Source: an uncultured virus (IMG/VR IMGVR_UViG_2860815047_000004) (Duplodnaviria; Heunggongvirae; Uroviricota; Caudoviricetes). From it: 64,000 nucleotides of DNA. A model generated the notes under the pieces. It made no database searches. It was not told where the DNA came from and saw only the letters and a program-made list of their open reading frames with translations. The translations under genes and the position numbers were made by a program. The stretch lies in the IMG/VR virus record IMGVR_UViG_2860815047_000004. One strand, 5' to 3'. Shown one piece after another: positions 59,883-64,000 of this stretch (its first letter is position 1; every line of letters begins with the position of its first letter).

Positions 59883-60577
59883 ATAAAACGGCTATTGATA
59901 GTGCGAGCACAGTATTCGAAAAGGTAGGCGAGGATTATATCGGAAGCAAGTCGAGGTTCGGCGATATTCTAATCGGGGCACCATATTCGGAAGCATTCGT
60001 AAAAGCCTACGCAAACGAACGAAAAGATGTCCTCGTGATTCCGCAGACAATTGAATATACTGCGTTTCTCCACAACGAGGAAATGAAGAAAGTCGCTACA
60101 CACGGTCAGGCTCCGATTGTAAGCGCCCAAGCCCGCCGTGATGAAATCGTTGAGCAGGCGAAGGCGGACGTTGAGCGACTTAAGGAGAATAACAGACGTT
60201 GGAGAGCGTTCAACATTTCGTTAAAGATTAACCGAAATGGGCGATCCGTTGAGGCTGTCGCAAAGAAGCCGAATAGTAGAACGGCGTTTTATGGAATCGC
60301 CAAAGCCGTCCCGTCCGACTGTTTCAACGTTCATATCGGAAAGGCGATTGCGTTAAGACGTGCGTTGGGATTGAAGGTGCCAGACGAATACTTAAACGCT
60401 CCGCAGCCGACTGAGGTTCGTGTAGGCGATGTTGTTAGGTCGACCGTAGATAAATCAAAAAAGTACGTAATAGCGAAAGGCGAGGAAGCATGGAGCGATG
60501 GCATGGCAGGCCTCTCGTCGATTGTCGCTAAACATGGAAGAATCATCGACGACTCACGCGAAGAGGTGGGCGAATGA
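59870..60577 (+). CDS. Hypothetical phage protein in a GC-richer patch
   Basis: GIAKA.PSDCFNVHIGKAIALRRALG phage motif. Confidence 0.8.
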   Translation: MESVNKTAIDSASTVFEKVGEDYIGSKSRFGDILIGAPYSEAFVKAYANERKDVLVIPQTIEYTAFLHNEEMKKVATHGQAPIVSAQARRDEIVEQAKADVERLKENNRRWRAFNISLKINRNGRSVEAVAKKPNSRTAFYGIAKAVPSDCFNVHIGKAIALRRALGLKVPDEYLNAPQPTEVRVGDVVRSTVDKSKKYVIAKGEEAWSDGMAGLSSIVAKHGRIIDDSREEVGE

Positions 60578-60786
60578 AGACGGTAAATGTTACGTATTTC
60601 AGGCCGAGCGGAAAGTTTTACACAGACGAAACGATCGAAATTTCCGAGGAGCTTAACGGATATCATGCGTTGCGTAAGGAGATACCGAAGCATCATCGTA
60701 TACAGGGTATGCGAATGCTCGTGCAGGATAGCGGAGACGGAAAAGAGCCCTACATTGTCCCGCATCTATACGATTCGATCTATTAA
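60574..60786 (+). CDS. Hypothetical phage protein
   Basis: TYFRPSGKFYT; coupled start. Confidence 0.75.
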   Translation: MKTVNVTYFRPSGKFYTDETIEISEELNGYHALRKEIPKHHRIQGMRMLVQDSGDGKEPYIVPHLYDSIY

Positions 60787-60803
60787 CGAAAGGAGGCGCG
60801 TGA

Positions 60804-60983
60804 GTGACGTATCATAAACGCTTGAAAACAACGGTGTTTAAAAAGTATAGCGGGTACGATTGGACTTGCGATGGAATGTTTGAAAAACCAAGAGTGAAAG
60901 GCAGCGATAAAAGAAAGCGATCGAAACATGAGCGAATAATCCGAAAAGTGATGGATAAAAAAGAAATTAGTTATTACAACTAA
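60804..60983 (+). CDS. 59-aa basic protein (not in ORF track)
   Basis: RBS AAAGGAGG; GTG start. Confidence 0.6.
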   Translation: MTYHKRLKTTVFKKYSGYDWTCDGMFEKPRVKGSDKRKRSKHERIIRKVMDKKEISYYN

Positions 60984-61022
60984 GTTAATATGAAATCTGT
61001 ATTTTAAAGAGAAGGTGATACA

Positions 61023-61145
61023 GTGAAAGAGTCGTTGAAGAATGATTTTCAAGAGTTTATGAGTATTACAAAAAGCTTTCTTGCTGTTTCAGGAGCAGTC
61101 TTTTGGCTATTGATAATTTCACTTGTTTTTGCTGGAGGATATTAA
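61023..61145 (+). CDS. 40-aa single-TM peptide (not in ORF track)
   Basis: RBS AAGGTGA; MKESLKNDFQEFMSITKSFLAVSGAVFWLLIISLVFAGGY. Confidence 0.6.
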   Translation: MKESLKNDFQEFMSITKSFLAVSGAVFWLLIISLVFAGGY

Positions 61146-61184
61146 AATGAGTCACTCATATGTTCACCAAAGGAGGTGAATAAA

Positions 61185-61223
61185 ATGCCAGTAGTACTTT
61201 ATGGATTTGGAAGAGGAGCATAA
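61185..61223 (+). CDS. 12-aa mini-peptide MPVVLYGFGRGA ending in an arbitrium-type hexapeptide
   Basis: Strong RBS AAAGGAGGTGA at canonical spacing; terminator directly after the stop. Confidence 0.7.
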   Translation: MPVVLYGFGRGA

Positions 61224-61247
61224 AAAGAGAGGGGACAGACCCCTCTT
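61224..61247. terminator. Hairpin between the mini-peptide and the sspC remnant
   Basis: AGAGGGG-acag-ACCCCTCT region; A-run on the left. Confidence 0.7.
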
Positions 61248-61249
61248 GA

Positions 61250-61309
61250 TTAATGAAATTGGCCATTCATACTTTGTTGGGCTAGGCGAACTAAACGCTT
61301 TGTAATCAT
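61250..61309 (-). pseudogene. sspC: 3' remnant of alpha/beta-type SASP gene
   Basis: Minus strand reads ITKRLVRLAQQSMNGQFH*, the SspC C-terminus; the 5' three quarters are missing. Confidence 0.85.
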
Positions 61310-61326
61310 GAACAATAAACAAAGGA

Positions 61327-62271
61327 GTGAAATGTATAGGCATTATTAAAGAACAAAAGGTTGAGGTCAGCTGGAATCCTATGACATCGAGACACTATCA
61401 AACACTAGGATATGAATTTACCTTTTGGAGGGATAAATTTCATGTGCCATATTATCATTTACCACTTACTTCTGAAAAAATGGTTTTAGTTTCTTGTGAC
61501 AAAGAGAAATGCACAAATGTTAAGTCAGTTAAATATAATGAATTTAACCGGTTGTACAAAAATAAAAAATATGAATGTAAAAAACATAGCCATTCTTATT
61601 ATGAGGATAAAGCGAGGGAAAGAGGGTTTATTTTAACATCAGAATACAAAGGTGTAAAAGGTAAAGTTGATTTGATCTGTTTAAAGAATGGTCATAAATC
61701 AACAAAATTGTGGTCTCAAATTAATAATGGATCTAAATGTTTAAAATGTCATCAGGAAAGCCTGAAATTGAGCATTGATTATATTAAAGAAGAATTCTTA
61801 AAGAAAAACTTATTGCTTTTATCAAATGAATACGCCAACGAAAAGAGCAAGTTAGCTTTTAAATGTAAGAATGGACACTATGGAGAAATTGCGTGGAACT
61901 ATTTTCAACAAGGAGGGGGATGCCAGCAGTGCTATAGGAAGAGTCGTTTTAGAGAAGGTAATCCGAGGTGGAATAAGAATAAAACTGATACTCAGAGGAT
62001 AAATGACAGAAAGTATCGTGAATATTTACAGTGGAGAAAGAAAGTTCTACAGAGGGATGATTACACATGTCAAAAATGCTGGCTTAAAAAGAAAAAATAT
62101 TTAACTGCTCACCATATCTATAATTATATGGAGCATAAAGATATTCGACTAGAAGTTGATAACGGGTTGACCTTGTGTGATTCTTGCCATGAACATTTTC
62201 ATAATACATATGGATACACTAACAACAATTATATGCAACTGTTTATGTACTTAAACAAAGAAGGGGGATAA
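61327..62271 (+). CDS. Free-standing HNH endonuclease with zinc-ribbon repeats
   Basis: [23 protein letters not shown]; repeated C..GH..CxxC units. Confidence 0.9.
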   Translation: MKCIGIIKEQKVEVSWNPMTSRHYQTLGYEFTFWRDKFHVPYYHLPLTSEKMVLVSCDKEKCTNVKSVKYNEFNRLYKNKKYECKKHSHSYYEDKARERGFILTSEYKGVKGKVDLICLKNGHKSTKLWSQINNGSKCLKCHQESLKLSIDYIKEEFLKKNLLLLSNEYANEKSKLAFKCKNGHYGEIAWNYFQQGGGCQQCYRKSRFREGNPRWNKNKTDTQRINDRKYREYLQWRKKVLQRDDYTCQKCWLKKKKYLTAHHIYNYMEHKDIRLEVDNGLTLCDSCHEHFHNTYGYTNNNYMQLFMYLNKEGG

Positions 62272-62272
62272 T

Positions 62273-63100
62273 ATGAAAATCGATTATGTTTCAGATCTTC
62301 ATATTAATCACTGGATACCTTGGAACAATAACCAAATCAAATGGGAAAAGCGAACAAGGGAGATTATTAGAAGGTTAATATCGAATGGAAATGGTGAGGT
62401 ATTAATAATTGCCGGTGATTTTACTGAGTGGAATCAACAGACACTGTGGGTACTTGATGAAGTAGCAAAGCAGTATGAAAAGGTTTACTTCACATATGGT
62501 AATCATGATCTTTATTTACTCAGTAAAAATCAGCAACGAAAATATTCCGATTCATTGGGAAGAGTGAAAGATTTAATTCAGAAGGCAGCAGACATCAATA
62601 ATGTCACTCCATTAATAAAGTCTACGGATACATACAAAGGAAAAGTCTTTGCTGGAGATGTCATGTGGTATCTTCCAAAAGGAAATGAAGGATGGGATTT
62701 CTTCAAAGGTGTCTCTAATGATTCAAACTATATCAGTCTTAATGGATACAGCAAAGAAGATGGAGTACGAGCAATGTGGAAAGAATCAATGGGATGGTAT
62801 GACACTCTTGAAAATGCACAAGTTGATGTATTTGTCTCACATGTTCCACCTGTTCACAATCCTTATTCTCCATTTGAGCCTAATACATGCTACATGGTTG
62901 ATGTCCCGTTCATTAACGCAAAACATTGGGTTTGTGGCCATGATCATTTACAAGCTGAGTTTGACAAAGATGGAACGAGCTTTCACATGAACTGTATTGG
63001 ATATCCGTATGACTATGATAATTATCCGAGTGTCAATGTGATACCTGGTGAAGAAGTAGATTCATATAAAACGTTTGAGCTTAAGACATTTGAGATTTAG
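62273..63100 (+). CDS. yotB: Calcineurin-like metallophosphoesterase
   Basis: SDLH, AGD, GNHD, SHVPP, GHDH. Confidence 0.92.
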   Translation: MKIDYVSDLHINHWIPWNNNQIKWEKRTREIIRRLISNGNGEVLIIAGDFTEWNQQTLWVLDEVAKQYEKVYFTYGNHDLYLLSKNQQRKYSDSLGRVKDLIQKAADINNVTPLIKSTDTYKGKVFAGDVMWYLPKGNEGWDFFKGVSNDSNYISLNGYSKEDGVRAMWKESMGWYDTLENAQVDVFVSHVPPVHNPYSPFEPNTCYMVDVPFINAKHWVCGHDHLQAEFDKDGTSFHMNCIGYPYDYDNYPSVNVIPGEEVDSYKTFELKTFEI

Positions 63101-63334
63101 ATTCAGTTAAAATTCTAATTTTATTTAAAAGGGGGAGTGATAATATGTTTAATGTTTCAAAAGCAATTAAGGAAATGTCAAAAGAAAGTGCTACCGTTGT
63201 AGATAACAGCATATTAAATGAAGTTGGTGAGATTCTTAATGGCTTAAATGTTGATTTCACAACAGCAAAAATAGATAGAAAAACAACGAAACTACGCTTA
63301 GATTGATAAAATATTGGTTTAATCTCTAAAGTGC

Positions 63335-63715
63335 TTGAAAAGGGGAGTTATGGTTTTGAATAAGAGAATAAAGAAGAAGATTCGAAATAGAGTTGAATCA
63401 TGGATTATTTATAAAAATCCTAATGGGTCATATAATTCATTGGGTGTAAACAAATTTGGAGAAGTACCCTCCCATGCACGCCCTTTGCATCCTGAATATG
63501 AAACACTAGGAGAGGTCTTAAATTCATTCCCTAAAGGATTTTGCTTTCCTTTGGTTGAGTTGACAAAAGAAGAAGAAAACATGTTGTTCTTTGATCATTA
63601 CCCTATAGAGTGCGGCGGCTGGCATACAGGAGATAGAGATACGTGGGGAATTTGGGGACAGAGATATTTATTGAAAAAGGTATCGGATGGGTGTTGCGAA
63701 TACGTCTCAAAATAA
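63335..63715 (+). CDS. Hypothetical protein
   Basis: ORF; likely start at 63350 after GGGGAG. Confidence 0.65.
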   Translation: MKRGVMVLNKRIKKKIRNRVESWIIYKNPNGSYNSLGVNKFGEVPSHARPLHPEYETLGEVLNSFPKGFCFPLVELTKEEENMLFFDHYPIECGGWHTGDRDTWGIWGQRYLLKKVSDGCCEYVSK

Positions 63716-63755
63716 AATATTTATTTTCTATTTTATCCAGAGAGGGGAAATGATA

Positions 63756-63995
63756 ATGGATTACACAAAACTGTTAGAAGAAAAGTACCCAATTAGCATT
63801 ATTCAGTATGTAAGACAGAGAGAGGGTTTAGATAAGAAAGACGGCGCCATGGATAAAGAAATTTTAGAAATGACGAACTCAGAAGTGTTTAGAGATGTCC
63901 TAGCTTGGAATGGCCTTCTTGGAGGATGGGATTATACAATTAAAGATTGGATTGAGAGCATTTATGGAATCGATCTTGATGACCTTGAAAATTGA
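63756..63995 (+). CDS. Hypothetical phage protein
   Basis: RBS GAGGGG before MIMDYTK. Confidence 0.7.
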   Translation: MDYTKLLEEKYPISIIQYVRQREGLDKKDGAMDKEILEMTNSEVFRDVLAWNGLLGGWDYTIKDWIESIYGIDLDDLEN

Positions 63996-64000
63996 AAGTC

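Larger units (their letters stand above)
3419..63727. repeat. Dispersed TAAAA-N6-TTT(T/C)A palindromic sites at gene boundaries (about 25 copies, a few with one mismatch)
   Basis: Starts at 3419, 10998, 13114, 13958, 14940, 15866, 16742, 17624, 18544, 20864, 21256, 24086, 41142, 41736, 41980, 42705, 44883, 45798, 47808, 48135, 48663, 55673, 60991, 63108, 63713. Confidence 0.8.
1..64000. mobile_element. SPbeta/phi3T-like temperate phage or prophage segment (Bacillus)
   Basis: Gene content and order aimR-aimP-aimX-yopP/Q/R/S ... ligB-yoqW-yoqZ-yorA ... yorE-yorR ... yosL-nrdIEF-dut-thyA-dfrA ... yotB follow SPbeta-family synteny. No att ends lie in the window. Confidence 0.96.

Noticed and set aside
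61160..61196. Second AimR operator at the mini-peptide (ATGTTC at 61160)
   Set aside because: No GAACAT 25 bp downstream, so it is a half-site only. I also found no full site upstream of yosL or aimR.
339..62990. Many overlapping ORF-track entries (e.g. 339-671, 3906-4217, 11974-12423, 21640-21996, 30101-30418, 42525-42848, 60331-60765, 62649-62990)
   Set aside because: They are antisense or alternate-frame shadows of well-supported genes, with no RBS or recognisable motifs.
1..64000. CRISPR array, tRNA or rRNA genes
   Set aside because: No regularly spaced direct repeats with unique spacers, and no cloverleaf or rRNA signatures recognised. The repeats present are dispersed.

Overview
This is a 64-kb, AT-rich, mostly plus-strand segment of a Bacillus SPbeta/phi3T-like temperate (pro)phage. 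It covers the lysis-lysogeny, early, replication and nucleotide-metabolism regions. Contents: (1) a complete phi3T-type arbitrium locus (aimR; aimP ending in SAIRGA; an AimR operator; aimX), followed by the yopM-R/sro repression operon and yopS; (2) long runs of small accessory genes; (3) ligB, yoqW, a poly-gamma-glutamate hydrolase and yorA; (4) the yorE-yorL replisome with helicase, primase, RecJ and DnaE; (5) DNA methyltransferases; (6) nrdI-E-F with two group I introns, one carrying a GIY-YIG endonuclease; (7) nrdH, dut, thyA, dfrA and yotB. Three observations stand out. First, a 12-codon ORF MPVVLYGFGRGA, 56 kb from aimP, has an aimP-like RBS and ends in an arbitrium-type hexapeptide that differs from the phage's own. 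Second, the 5' part of a C5-methyltransferase gene is inverted between perfect 19-bp inverted repeats, and flipping it restores an intact 305-aa gene. Third, about 25 TAAAA-N6-TTTYA sites sit at gene boundaries; the inversion endpoints are two of them and have matching spacers, which suggests a tyrosine-recombinase gene-cassette system. All family assignments come from motif recognition and synteny with SPbeta as I recall it; no database searches were run.
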